Assembly (NCBI GenBank): GCA_051003195.1
Contig: JBPCLP010000021.1
Span: forward strand, 96,001 to 160,000
Length of the DNA: 64,000 bases
Direction of reading: 5' to 3'
Origin: Candidatus Sumerlaeaceae bacterium
GTDB lineage: Bacteria; Sumerlaeota; Sumerlaeia; Sumerlaeales; Sumerlaeaceae
Position numbers and translations under genes: made by a program. Numbering within the stretch: position 1 is the stretch's first letter; every line of letters begins with the position of its first letter. Under the pieces are notes generated by a model. The model searched no databases, had not been told where the DNA came from, and saw nothing but the letters and a program-made list of their open reading frames with translations. Below, piece by piece: positions 28,648-37,726 of the stretch.

Positions 28648-29468
28648 GTGGTGCCCTGCGGCACTTGATAGCGCTTAGGCACGTCGGGATCATAAAGCGG
28701 CAGCACGATATCCGCATCGCGCCTCAATTTTGCGAAAAGGCGGTAATGTTCCTCCAGGTTTTCACTGAGGCCGAGCGGGATACTTTCCTCCACATTTCGG
28801 TATTTAAATACTGAGTCGGTTAACGCAACCCGCCCCGCGACTGTATCCACCAGGAAGCACATACTTGAGCGATGGTGTCCGCCGCAGAACCACGCCCGGA
28901 TACCCGGCACGACTTCACTCTCATCGTCCGGCAAAAGGCGAATTCGCGATGCGGCATCCATGACAAGGTACTGCAGCACGTGAGGCGGGAAGATGATATG
29001 CCGTGGTAATTGGGGCACCTCCACATCCGGCGCGTGAAAATCAACCCATCCGCGGCGCGAGATGCAAATCTCCGCATTCGGGAACTGGTCCAGACCGCCA
29101 GTTGCATATGCCGTTAAGGGGGTCACCAGCACGTGCGTGATCTGATCCGGCTTCAGGCCGTGCGCTGCCAGTGCGTTCACAACCCATTCGTTCTCCTGAA
29201 CCACCGGCACATGACCGTTTTCGCCCGTTGCGGCTTTGGCCCAGGTCGTCCAATGCTTGTGCAGGTCGGAGAAGTCGCGCGCGAATCCGGTATTCAGAAG
29301 AATGCGGTGGCCTCCACCTTCGATGAGGAAGGCAAGAAAGTCCAGCTGCTCCCAGCCGCTCAGCTTCGTCATCCAATAGATTTCGGCGGAGGGCACCTGC
29401 GTCTCACCCATCTTCAACGGGGTAATTGTGTACTGCGTCGTTAAATCTCTCACAGCTGGCAATTCCAT
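28644..29468 (-). CDS. Metallo-beta-lactamase-fold (AHL-lactonase-like) protein with degenerate metal motif
   Basis: Motifs AFLIEGG..ILLNTG, ITHVLVT, FPNA, VVPGI...GGH and ADIVLPLYD. Confidence 0.75.
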   Translation of the reverse strand: MELPAVRDLTTQYTITPLKMGETQVPSAEIYWMTKLSGWEQLDFLAFLIEGGGHRILLNTGFARDFSDLHKHWTTWAKAATGENGHVPVVQENEWVVNALAAHGLKPDQITHVLVTPLTAYATGGLDQFPNAEICISRRGWVDFHAPDVEVPQLPRHIIFPPHVLQYLVMDAASRIRLLPDDESEVVPGIRAWFCGGHHRSSMCFLVDTVAGRVALTDSVFKYRNVEESIPLGLSENLEEHYRLFAKLRRDADIVLPLYDPDVPKRYQVPQGTT

Positions 29469-30259
29469 CCTCCGTCGATCGTGATGGTAGCGCCGTTGAT
29501 GTAACCTGCCTCACGACTCGCCAGCAGGAGCACGGCACCCGGTAAATCCTGCGGCTGGCCAAGGCGACCGACGGGGCAGTTTGCTTTGAGCCATGGCTCA
29601 ACTGAGGCGGTATCGCGCGACTGCGAGTCATTAATGTCGGTGTGAATCCATCCTGGCGCGATGCAATTAACGGTGATGCCGAGTGGGGCGAGCTCCAGCG
29701 ACATGCCGGACGCAAGAAGTTGCACACCGCCCTTCGTCGCGCAGTAGTGCGTCTGGGTTGGATTGGAGCGAAACGCGCCGACACTCGACGTGATCACGAT
29801 CCGCCCGCCCTCGCCTGCAGCTGCCATGATCTGCGCGCTTTCCTGGCATACATGGAACATTCCCGAGAAGTTCACGGACACGTGACGTTGCCAGATGGCA
29901 TCCGTGATATCAAGAAATGGCGTAAACTGGCAGATCCCGGCGTTGCTGAAAAGAATATCGATGCCACCGAGTTGACGCGCGGCATCGCGAACCATTTGCC
30001 GCGCCGCTTTCGAGTCCGCTACATCGGCATCTATCTCAAATACACGGCGGCCGGTTTCACGTTGCAACCGCTCGCATTCAGTCCGGGCTTTCACGCCGTC
30101 CCCGAAATGGTTCAGCACCACGTCGCAGCCTGCGTGGGCCAGCGATTCCGCACCGGCTAAACCAATGCCGCGCGATCCCCCCGTCACCAGCACGCGGGTT
30201 CCAAACGGCGTTAAGCCTGAAGGGCGTTCGAGTTGCTGAGTGGCCATCGGTGCATTCAC
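29450..30259 (-). CDS. SDR, L-rhamnose 1-dehydrogenase-like
   Basis: Motifs TGGSRGIG, SNAGICQF, QTHYCATK and I.TDIN; adjacent to rhamnose mutarotase. Confidence 0.8.
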   Translation of the reverse strand: MNAPMATQQLERPSGLTPFGTRVLVTGGSRGIGLAGAESLAHAGCDVVLNHFGDGVKARTECERLQRETGRRVFEIDADVADSKAARQMVRDAARQLGGIDILFSNAGICQFTPFLDITDAIWQRHVSVNFSGMFHVCQESAQIMAAAGEGGRIVITSSVGAFRSNPTQTHYCATKGGVQLLASGMSLELAPLGITVNCIAPGWIHTDINDSQSRDTASVEPWLKANCPVGRLGQPQDLPGAVLLLASREAGYINGATITIDGGWNCQL

Positions 30260-30573
30260 TCCAGGTGAAACACTTCTTCCAGGCGGATCAGCGACTCATC
30301 CGGCCGTCCCGTCAGGGATTCGAACAAATGCCCCATCTCTTTTTGCCACCGCATGTTGACCTCGCGCGCGGCCATGCCGGAAAGTGCCTGCTCGAAATCC
30401 TCAGTTTCGAGGTATCCTATCAGCATCCCATCGGGGCGCAGAAAGAGCGAGTAATTGTGCCATCCGGTTTCGCGAAGCGCCTGAAGCATATCCGGCCACA
30501 CGGCCTTGTGCGCTTCGCGGTACTCGGCAATCCTGTCCTGCTTTACCTTCAGCAGAAAACACACACGTTGCAT
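30256..30573 (-). CDS. rhaM: L-rhamnose mutarotase
   Basis: Motifs EYREAHKAVWP, NYSLF, RWQKEM and EEVFHL. Confidence 0.92.
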   Translation of the reverse strand: MQRVCFLLKVKQDRIAEYREAHKAVWPDMLQALRETGWHNYSLFLRPDGMLIGYLETEDFEQALSGMAAREVNMRWQKEMGHLFESLTGRPDESLIRLEEVFHLE

Positions 30574-30697
30574 CGTGATGCGGTCGCCTCACAAAGAGAA
30601 TTGGTTAAACTCAAGCAGAGCCAAACGTCGCGACATCCGACCAGGCAGCGGCGTGAGTGCAAGCGATAGTTGGTGCAGCTATTCATCTTAACCAGAC

Positions 30698-30734
30698 AGA
30701 AAAACTTCCCGGCTGGATGATGGCCGGGAAGTTT
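30698..30734 (-). terminator. Intrinsic terminator for the ABC exporter operon
   Basis: Inverted repeat aaacttcccggc/gccgggaagttt ending in a T run on the minus strand. Confidence 0.75.
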
Positions 30735-30785
30735 GGCAGTGCACATTTGCTGAATGGATGGCTGGGTTTAGCCTTCCGGTGGAGG

Positions 30786-31289
30786 CTACTTCTTCAGGTA
30801 AATCTTGTCGGCAAGCACCACGAGATTCCCAGCTTTGTCTTTCTTAGCGACTCCTTCGACGATAACGGGACTGAGGTTTGTGAGTCCCTGCACGCCCTTT
30901 ACGTTTTCTTTAATTGTCTTTTTATCGGCGCCATTGATCTTTATCGTCGCAGTGTTTTTTGTAATGGATTCCCGGGTTTCGCAGCAAAAGTCCCATGGAG
31001 TCGGGCAGTTTTCTCCGTTGTCTTTGCAGGACTTCATTGAAAGATCCGCGATCGTGAAGACAGCCTGGCCGTCAACGAAGTCCTTGATCCTCCCTTGAAC
31101 CACGACCTTCTCGGCATCCTTTGATTGTGCCTTTGCCTCCACCACGCCTACCGCTTTTGCAGTGGGTTGACCGGACACGACAATCTTCGCCACCTCCGGT
31201 GAGGCGGCGAAAACCGCGGAAGTCGCGATGCTGATAAGCGTGACCGAACAGCGTGCGGTCCAGCTTCTGGTTATGCTTGTTGTTCTCAT
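30786..31289 (-). CDS. Exported OB-fold-like protein with C-x6-CPTPWDFCC motif
   Basis: Signal peptide; VVVQGRI and VIVEGV strands; four-Cys motif; GGGAGA SD. Confidence 0.7.
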   Translation of the reverse strand: MRTTSITRSWTARCSVTLISIATSAVFAASPEVAKIVVSGQPTAKAVGVVEAKAQSKDAEKVVVQGRIKDFVDGQAVFTIADLSMKSCKDNGENCPTPWDFCCETRESITKNTATIKINGADKKTIKENVKGVQGLTNLSPVIVEGVAKKDKAGNLVVLADKIYLKK

Positions 31290-31343
31290 TACTTTCTCCC
31301 TGTGAGTTCTGGTGCATTGGAACCAAATGATTCCAAACTGTTA

Positions 31344-32522
31344 TTATCCACGCAGCATTTCCACGAGTGGTTTGCGCGCGAGTCGAATGGCCGGGATCAG
31401 GGTCCCAAAAACTGCGAGAAACAGTGCGGCGGCGAATCCGGCGGCCAGGACGGGCCCACCTACGTCCAGTGCCAGGGCGCCCATGGTAACTCTCACAGCG
31501 CGCCCGGCGAGCAACGCCAGCGCCAGGCCGGCAGCTATCAGGGCTCCCATGCCGACCTGCAGAAGCGATTCCTGCAACAATGATACCAGAATGGCGCGCC
31601 TGCTGAAGCCGATTGTCTCAAGGCACGCAAGTTCCCTCGAGCGTGAGGCGATTGCCGCGATCATGGTATTGAGCCCGCCAAACAGGCCGCTTGCAACCAC
31701 CAGTCCCGCCATTATCCAGCCGAGAATCTGCATGGGCCGATAAAAGCTCGCCAGCGCACCGTAATACGTTGTTTCAGGTACCGCTGCAATTTCAAGGTCT
31801 AGCCGGGTTTTAGTGAAAACCTCGAGGTCGGGAAACATATCGGGCGATGTAAGGCGGACAACTGCACAGGTGAGCGTGTCCCGTTTGCTCTGGATTTTCA
31901 GGTCGTCGAGCGGGGCCCAGATCTCGGACTCGAAGGTGGTGCCGGGCGATTCAAATGTTCCGCATACTTTCCACGTCTTGCCTTCAAAGTAAATAGAGGC
32001 GCCGGTCTTCAAAGCATCCGGAGGGAACCCCAGCTTTGTTGCGGTAAGCTTACCCGCGAGGACTTCGCCCATCCCCGGTGCGTGGCCGTCTGTGATGAAC
32101 ACCTGCCGGTGCAGGAGAAAGGCCATCGGGGTGATGCCGCGTACCATTACATTCCTGGAGCTTCGCGCGTCCACTACTTCATTTTCGGTTCGACGGACCA
32201 CAGCCGCATGATGAATCTCCGGAGAGATCAGCGGTGTCTCAGTGGTGGTCTGTTTTGCGATCTCTTCCACCGACGCGGCCAGTTCCAGCGGCACGCCGAA
32301 TCCGATTTCCGACTGCTCGAGGAAATCCTCTGAACCCAGGCCAAGCACGATCGCGTTGTCTGCTTCGCCGGTGCCGCGCAACGTAGACCCAAGCGTCTGG
32401 ACAAAAGCGCCCATCAGGATGACGAGGAACACAACGGCCGCTGCACCTACAGTCGTCAGGATCGTTCGAAGAGGGCTGCGCCCGGCATTTCGCGCAGCGT
32501 AGTCGAATGGCAACAGCTTCAT
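31344..32522 (-). CDS. ABC transporter permease (MacB/FtsX family)
   Basis: Motifs RTILT, RSRELACLETIGF and 4-TM topology. Confidence 0.9.
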   Translation of the reverse strand: MKLLPFDYAARNAGRSPLRTILTTVGAAAVVFLVILMGAFVQTLGSTLRGTGEADNAIVLGLGSEDFLEQSEIGFGVPLELAASVEEIAKQTTTETPLISPEIHHAAVVRRTENEVVDARSSRNVMVRGITPMAFLLHRQVFITDGHAPGMGEVLAGKLTATKLGFPPDALKTGASIYFEGKTWKVCGTFESPGTTFESEIWAPLDDLKIQSKRDTLTCAVVRLTSPDMFPDLEVFTKTRLDLEIAAVPETTYYGALASFYRPMQILGWIMAGLVVASGLFGGLNTMIAAIASRSRELACLETIGFSRRAILVSLLQESLLQVGMGALIAAGLALALLAGRAVRVTMGALALDVGGPVLAAGFAAALFLAVFGTLIPAIRLARKPLVEMLRG

Positions 32523-32523
32523 A

Positions 32524-33672
32524 TTATACCCTGCGCAACGAATCGACGATGGGCGCCACTGCAGCCTGGATGGCTGGCACTACTCCTGCCAGAACTCCAG
32601 TCACTACGGAAGCCGCCATTCCCCAAAAGACTACTGCGGGAGTGAGCATGAAAGCAATCTGCACTCCCTCTGCACCGATCCCCAGATGCCCGAACCGAAG
32701 TGCGACAGCGGCCAGCACGGTACCAAGAACGCCGCCACCGATGGCAAGAACGAGGCTCTCGCCGATGACCATTCCAAATAAGTAATGCCCCGGAAAGCCA
32801 AGCGTCTGGAGTACGGCGTGCTCTTTCACGCGATCCTGCACCATTACATACACGGTATTAGCCGTAAGCGCGAGCACGACCAATACACAGAGCAGCCCAA
32901 GCCAGCGAGTAAAACGCACGAGGCCGAGCAGATCACCGGTAGCAGAGCTGATAAACGCTTTGTGGCTTTTCGTCATCGTCTGCACTTCGTCAGACCGAAA
33001 CAGGTCGTCTATTTTAGCGGAAATCTCCTCTGCTTTAGATGCATTATCTATCGTCACTTCAAACTGCGTGACCCGCCCGAGCGCATTCACACCGCGTGCG
33101 CGTTGAAGAAATTCCAGGTGCGAATACGCAACGTTGTCTTCACCGGGAGCGTCGGAAGAATACACCCCGGAAATACCTACCGCAACATTGCCAATCTGGA
33201 ACCTGTCTCCCGGTTTCAGGTTTCTTCGTTGCGCAAGGCCCTTGCCAATAATTGCACCGTCCGCCTTCTTCACGAAGTCGTCCATGCTGCCGGAGATCAA
33301 GGACAGGTTCTTTTCGCCGGATGAAAGCTTGAGCGGAGGCACGCCGCGAAAGGTGACGGAATCCAGGCTTGCCCTGCAGTTGTTCACAAATATCTTCACC
33401 GGCAGAACGGACTTTACCCCGGGGATCTTGAGAATCTGGTCCGCATAACGCTCAGGTATGTTACTGGTCGCCGGACAAAAGCGGCTCTTCTGATATACGA
33501 CCAGTGCGTTCTTTGTGGCTTCGCCCTCCGTGGCTTCGCGCACGCCACTCTGTAATCCCTCGATAAAGCAGAACAGAAACATCGCTGTAGCGATTCCGAC
33601 AACGGTAAGCAGGCTGCGCGATTTCTGGCGGGTGACGCTTCGCCACACGTAATTGAAGAGCTTCGCGATCAT
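32524..33672 (-). CDS. ABC transporter permease (MacB/FtsX family)
   Basis: Motifs RSLLTVVGI, DRVKEHAVLQTLGF and VPAIQA. Confidence 0.9.
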   Translation of the reverse strand: MIAKLFNYVWRSVTRQKSRSLLTVVGIATAMFLFCFIEGLQSGVREATEGEATKNALVVYQKSRFCPATSNIPERYADQILKIPGVKSVLPVKIFVNNCRASLDSVTFRGVPPLKLSSGEKNLSLISGSMDDFVKKADGAIIGKGLAQRRNLKPGDRFQIGNVAVGISGVYSSDAPGEDNVAYSHLEFLQRARGVNALGRVTQFEVTIDNASKAEEISAKIDDLFRSDEVQTMTKSHKAFISSATGDLLGLVRFTRWLGLLCVLVVLALTANTVYVMVQDRVKEHAVLQTLGFPGHYLFGMVIGESLVLAIGGGVLGTVLAAVALRFGHLGIGAEGVQIAFMLTPAVVFWGMAASVVTGVLAGVVPAIQAAVAPIVDSLRRV

Positions 33673-34412
33673 CTTTTTACCGCCACGACTTCTGCCTCGG
33701 GCGTATCCACGATCAGGCCTTTCTCCAGGTGCACAATACGCTGCGCAGCCGCTGCGGCGTGCGGATCGTGGGTTACCATTACGAGAGTTTTCCCAAGTTC
33801 GAGGTTCAGTCGCTGCAAGAGCGTAAGCGTCGAATCCGCTGCCTTGCGGTCGAGATCACCGGTAGGCTCATCACCGACCAAGATGGCCGGATCTGCTACG
33901 AGTGCACGTGCGATGGCGACGCGCTGTTCTTCACCGCCGGAAAGCTGGCGTGGATAGTGGTCATGCCGGTGCAGCAGACCAACCGCTTCCAGCGCGGTGT
34001 TCACTCGCTGCTGCCGCTCCTTGCGCGAGAGGTGATGCAGAAGCAGTGGCAGCTCGACGTTTTCGTAAGCGGTGAGTACAGGCACCAGATGGTAGAGCTG
34101 AAATACGTAACCGATATTTTGTGAGCGCCAGCGGGATAGTTTTGTTCGCGAGAGTTTTGCTATATCCGTGCCGTTCACAAGTACCTGACCTTCGGTAGGC
34201 TGATCGATCCCTGCGATCAGGTTGAGCAAAGTCGTTTTCCCTGAACCAGAGGGCCCCATTAAGGCTACAAATTCGCCTTCATCGACTCGCAGCGACAGCT
34301 CGGCTAACGGAGTGACGGTGGAGTCGCCCTTCCGATAAGACTTCGTCACATTCACAAGCTCGATTAACGCACGACTTCTCTGACCGGCGGCCGGCTTTTC
34401 CGTACCTGACAT
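33669..34412 (-). CDS. ABC transporter ATP-binding protein (LolD/MacB-like)
   Basis: Motifs GPSGSGKT, LSGGE, DEPTGDLD and VTHD. Confidence 0.95.
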   Translation of the reverse strand: MSGTEKPAAGQRSRALIELVNVTKSYRKGDSTVTPLAELSLRVDEGEFVALMGPSGSGKTTLLNLIAGIDQPTEGQVLVNGTDIAKLSRTKLSRWRSQNIGYVFQLYHLVPVLTAYENVELPLLLHHLSRKERQQRVNTALEAVGLLHRHDHYPRQLSGGEEQRVAIARALVADPAILVGDEPTGDLDRKAADSTLTLLQRLNLELGKTLVMVTHDPHAAAAAQRIVHLEKGLIVDTPEAEVVAVKR

Positions 34413-34414
34413 GA

Positions 34415-36013
34415 TCAACTTTGCCTCTCAAGTTCTTCAGCCACAATGCGCACACGCGCACCTTCTTTTAATTTCGCAGCCTTTGATGCGACGAGTTTGT
34501 CGGAGAGCTGGATTCCCGATTTTACCTCGCGAAGGTCACCCCTTCGGTTCGGGCCAAGAATAACCAGCTTTCGATGGGCGCGCATGTCTGGTCCGACCAC
34601 CCAAATATTTGTTTCAGCTTTGGCGTCCTGCATAAGCAGCGCTGCTGGAACAAATACGGCGCTCGCGGATGAAGTCGCACTTTTGGGAGCCAGGGGTTCG
34701 TCTGAAGGCTTAACTCCTCCGGTCGCGCGATGGGAAGCAGCTTTGAACTGCAGGCGGACGACCATCTCAGGCTTCATCGCAGGGTCCGGGTCCAAAATGC
34801 GGACTTTCACCGGCAGGGAGTTTCGTTGAACATCCGCTTCGTGGACAATCCGCGACAGCTCGCCACGAAACACCTTGTCCGGCATGGCTTCGAGGCGAAT
34901 CTCGGCCGGCAGGCCAACCTGGATTTTTCCAGCTTCACCCTGTGGAACTTCGGCTCGCGCCTGCAGATGTGCTGGATCATACATCGACACTATGTGCGTT
35001 CCATTTTGAACATCCATCGATACCATGGAACCCGGGAACGCATAAAGCCGCATGATCGTACCGCTGGTAGGGGCTACAACACTGCAACGTGACAAACGCA
35101 GCTTTGCCTCGTCCAGAGCGGCAGCGGCCTCCTCGATTTGCGCCTTCGCAAGGTTTAGCCGGGACTTGTCTTCAATCCGAAGCTTCGATCTTCGCGTCGC
35201 TGCTTCCAGCGTAGCGACCTGGCTGACGATCTTCGCATCAATCTCTTTTAGCTCAGCCTCAGCAACACCGGCCTCCAACGCAGCCTTGTCAGAAGCCAGC
35301 GCGCTGTCGGCGCCGCGAAGACCCAGCGTGCGGCTGATATCTGCCTGTTTTTTCGAGAACTCCAGCTGGCGCTGAACTTTAAGTTTCTCGGCTTCCAATC
35401 GGCTTGTTTCTGCCTGCGCCGTTTTAATCGTTTCATCCAGGGAGATTGGATTCTCCCAGTTTGATTGCGCAGCATCCAGCTCCGCCTGTTTCGTCAACAG
35501 GTTTGCTTCGGCGATTCGCACCGCTACTTTGGCGTCGCCATCATCCAATTCAGCCACGACTTGCCCCGAGGTGACTCGTTCGCCTTCGCGAACATTCACT
35601 TTCGCAACAGTGCCTGGTATTAGCGAGGAAACGAGAGTCGTGAATGGATCGGGCTCGATCCAGCCGGGTGCCTGGAATAGCGGTTCACCGTCCTCAGACT
35701 GCGTAGCAGCTATCGGCTGGTGCACAGATGTTTCCATGGAAGAGGTAGACGTATCTGTAGCCGTTTGAAGCCCGGATCCGTCACTCATACCACCCAAAAG
35801 CACCGGCTGCACCACACTCACCGGGATGGCTGGGATAAGCGCATTCCTTGCTGAATATGCGCATACTCCCGCGAACGCGGCGAAGAGTGTAAGCGGCAGC
35901 ACAAATCGGGTGAGTATTCGCTTTGGTGGGGAGACGAGCTCGTTCGCTAACGGCATGAGCGCGTTCGGCTGGGAGCCTCTACGGAAAGATGTAATGTCGA
36001 TTTCGGAATTCAA
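34415..36013 (-). CDS. Periplasmic adaptor / membrane fusion protein (HlyD/MacA family)
   Basis: N-terminal TM, lipoyl motifs (GTVAKVNVREGE, APTSGTI) and long coiled coil. Confidence 0.9.
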   Translation of the reverse strand: MNSEIDITSFRRGSQPNALMPLANELVSPPKRILTRFVLPLTLFAAFAGVCAYSARNALIPAIPVSVVQPVLLGGMSDGSGLQTATDTSTSSMETSVHQPIAATQSEDGEPLFQAPGWIEPDPFTTLVSSLIPGTVAKVNVREGERVTSGQVVAELDDGDAKVAVRIAEANLLTKQAELDAAQSNWENPISLDETIKTAQAETSRLEAEKLKVQRQLEFSKKQADISRTLGLRGADSALASDKAALEAGVAEAELKEIDAKIVSQVATLEAATRRSKLRIEDKSRLNLAKAQIEEAAAALDEAKLRLSRCSVVAPTSGTIMRLYAFPGSMVSMDVQNGTHIVSMYDPAHLQARAEVPQGEAGKIQVGLPAEIRLEAMPDKVFRGELSRIVHEADVQRNSLPVKVRILDPDPAMKPEMVVRLQFKAASHRATGGVKPSDEPLAPKSATSSASAVFVPAALLMQDAKAETNIWVVGPDMRAHRKLVILGPNRRGDLREVKSGIQLSDKLVASKAAKLKEGARVRIVAEELERQS

Positions 36014-36162
36014 GCTGCTGCTCCTGCAAATGCACCTTGGTTGCTCGCGGATTTCCGGCTTCTAAGTAGACGACCCGGGTTTAAGTCAAACGGAGGCACA
36101 TGTGCCTGCCGTGAAGGAATTGCCGCGCTGGAAATGCTGCGGCGAAATGCAGTAACGCTAAA

Positions 36163-36636
36163 TCAGATACGAAGAATCGAGCTTCCCCGGTTCAGCGCGG
36201 GGGAATGAATATCATAGTGAAGCTCGTACCATCCGATTCGATGACTGCTGATCGGAGACGCCAGCTGAATCGGAAGTGACTCGAGCGGCAGCACGTCGAC
36301 GGTGACCAGCCTGCTGTACTCCACGCTAAGGTTCCCAGTCGGAGAGACGAACAGGGTCGCTGGTGAAACAAAGCACGTACCTGAAGGTTGACCGTGATCG
36401 GGGGAACCAAACGGCCGTGGCGAGTCCTGCTTCTGCGAAACTTGCGCGCATGAGTCGCAACACGGTTTGCTTCGCGCCAGCGAACATAGACTTGTCACCG
36501 CAGCCATGCAGCAGCGCGAATGGGTCAGCATTTCCCGCAGGCAAACACCTTTTGGAGGAACTGCCACCAGCAACAGCGCCAGGAAAGAAATGTAAGTCAT
36601 GGGCCTACGGATCCATTGGCTTCTCCATGCTGACAT
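36163..36636 (-). CDS. Cys-rich small membrane or exported leader ORF upstream of the exporter operon
   Basis: Hydrophobic N-terminus; C, CC, CCxxC and C residues; C-terminal SILRI; start may be ATG 36600. Confidence 0.5.
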   Translation of the reverse strand: MSAWRSQWIRRPMTYISFLALLLVAVPPKGVCLREMLTHSRCCMAAVTSLCSLARSKPCCDSCAQVSQKQDSPRPFGSPDHGQPSGTCFVSPATLFVSPTGNLSVEYSRLVTVDVLPLESLPIQLASPISSHRIGWYELHYDIHSPALNRGSSILRI

Positions 36637-36758
36637 GGTAGAAAACTACACATGCACAGCCTGGTTAATCAATGGTAAAGGGCGGTGCAAGCGCAGCGTG
36701 GGGCGTTTTGATTTAGGGAAATACCGGTGCCAAGACCCGGGAACACTCGCTAAAGCGC

Positions 36759-37634
36759 TCAAAACGTCAGCTTCAGCCGATCCAATACGTCGCCTGGACT
36801 GAGCCCCTGTTCCCGAAGTTTCGATAGCCCCAGCGAACCGTCCCGCTTGCTCATCCGTTGACCCGATCCGTCCAACATAAGCGGGAGGTGTCGATATTCG
36901 GGTACCGGCAGGTTCAGCGCACGGAGGAGCGCAATCTGGCGTGGGGTGCTGCCGATCAGATCGGCGCCTCGAACGACACGGGTAATACCCATGAGGCCGT
37001 CGTCGACTGCGCAGGCCAGCTGGTAGGCCCACAAGCCGTCGCGACGCAGAACGACAAAATCACCCATTTCGGTCTCGGGCCTCGTACGCTGGCTTCCAGG
37101 TTCAACATCAGCGAACTCGAGCAGGGGGTCAGGACGGACGCGAAAGCGCCATGCGACCTCATCCCCGGCGGCTGGAGGATTCCCGTTTTCGGGCCGGCAG
37201 GTGCCCGGGTAAATCGCTCCTTCGCTTTCGTGGGGTGCGCTCGGTGCACTTCGAAGGTCCTTTCGCGAGCAGCGGCAGGGATATATGAGTTCATGCTCGC
37301 GCAAGTAATCAAAGGCCGCACTATAGAGGTGGCTGCGTTCGGATTGGCGGTAAGGTGCTGCCGGGCCGCCGACGTCTGGCCCTTCATCCCAATCGATGCC
37401 AAGCCAGCGCAAATCTTCGAGGATGCGCAGTTCGCTTCCGGCCACTTTCCGCGGCGTATCGATGTCTTCGATCCGCAAGATAAAGAGACTGCCCGAAGCA
37501 CGACAGTCCCGCCAGGCCGCCAATGCAGTGCGAAGATTGCCCAGATGCAGCTCGCCCGTTGGGCTCGGTGCATAGCGACCGACAGGCTGAGTGCGAGCCG
37601 GACGGAAGCGAAGCATTTGTTGCCATTCAAACAT
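36759..37634 (-). CDS. gluQ: tRNA glutamyl-Q(34) synthetase
   Basis: Motifs APSPTGELHLGN, RIEDID, CRCSR..YPGTC, YQLACAVDD and RMSKR; no anticodon-binding domain. Confidence 0.92.
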   Translation of the reverse strand: MFEWQQMLRFRPARTQPVGRYAPSPTGELHLGNLRTALAAWRDCRASGSLFILRIEDIDTPRKVAGSELRILEDLRWLGIDWDEGPDVGGPAAPYRQSERSHLYSAAFDYLREHELIYPCRCSRKDLRSAPSAPHESEGAIYPGTCRPENGNPPAAGDEVAWRFRVRPDPLLEFADVEPGSQRTRPETEMGDFVVLRRDGLWAYQLACAVDDGLMGITRVVRGADLIGSTPRQIALLRALNLPVPEYRHLPLMLDGSGQRMSKRDGSLGLSKLREQGLSPGDVLDRLKLTF

Positions 37635-37726
37635 GAGAAATTAATCCAGAGGAAGCGGGTGGCTGCAAGGCGAGCGCTGGACGGAGTTGGCCATTGTTCG
37701 AAGGCGCGCCAGGCGTAGATGCGGAA

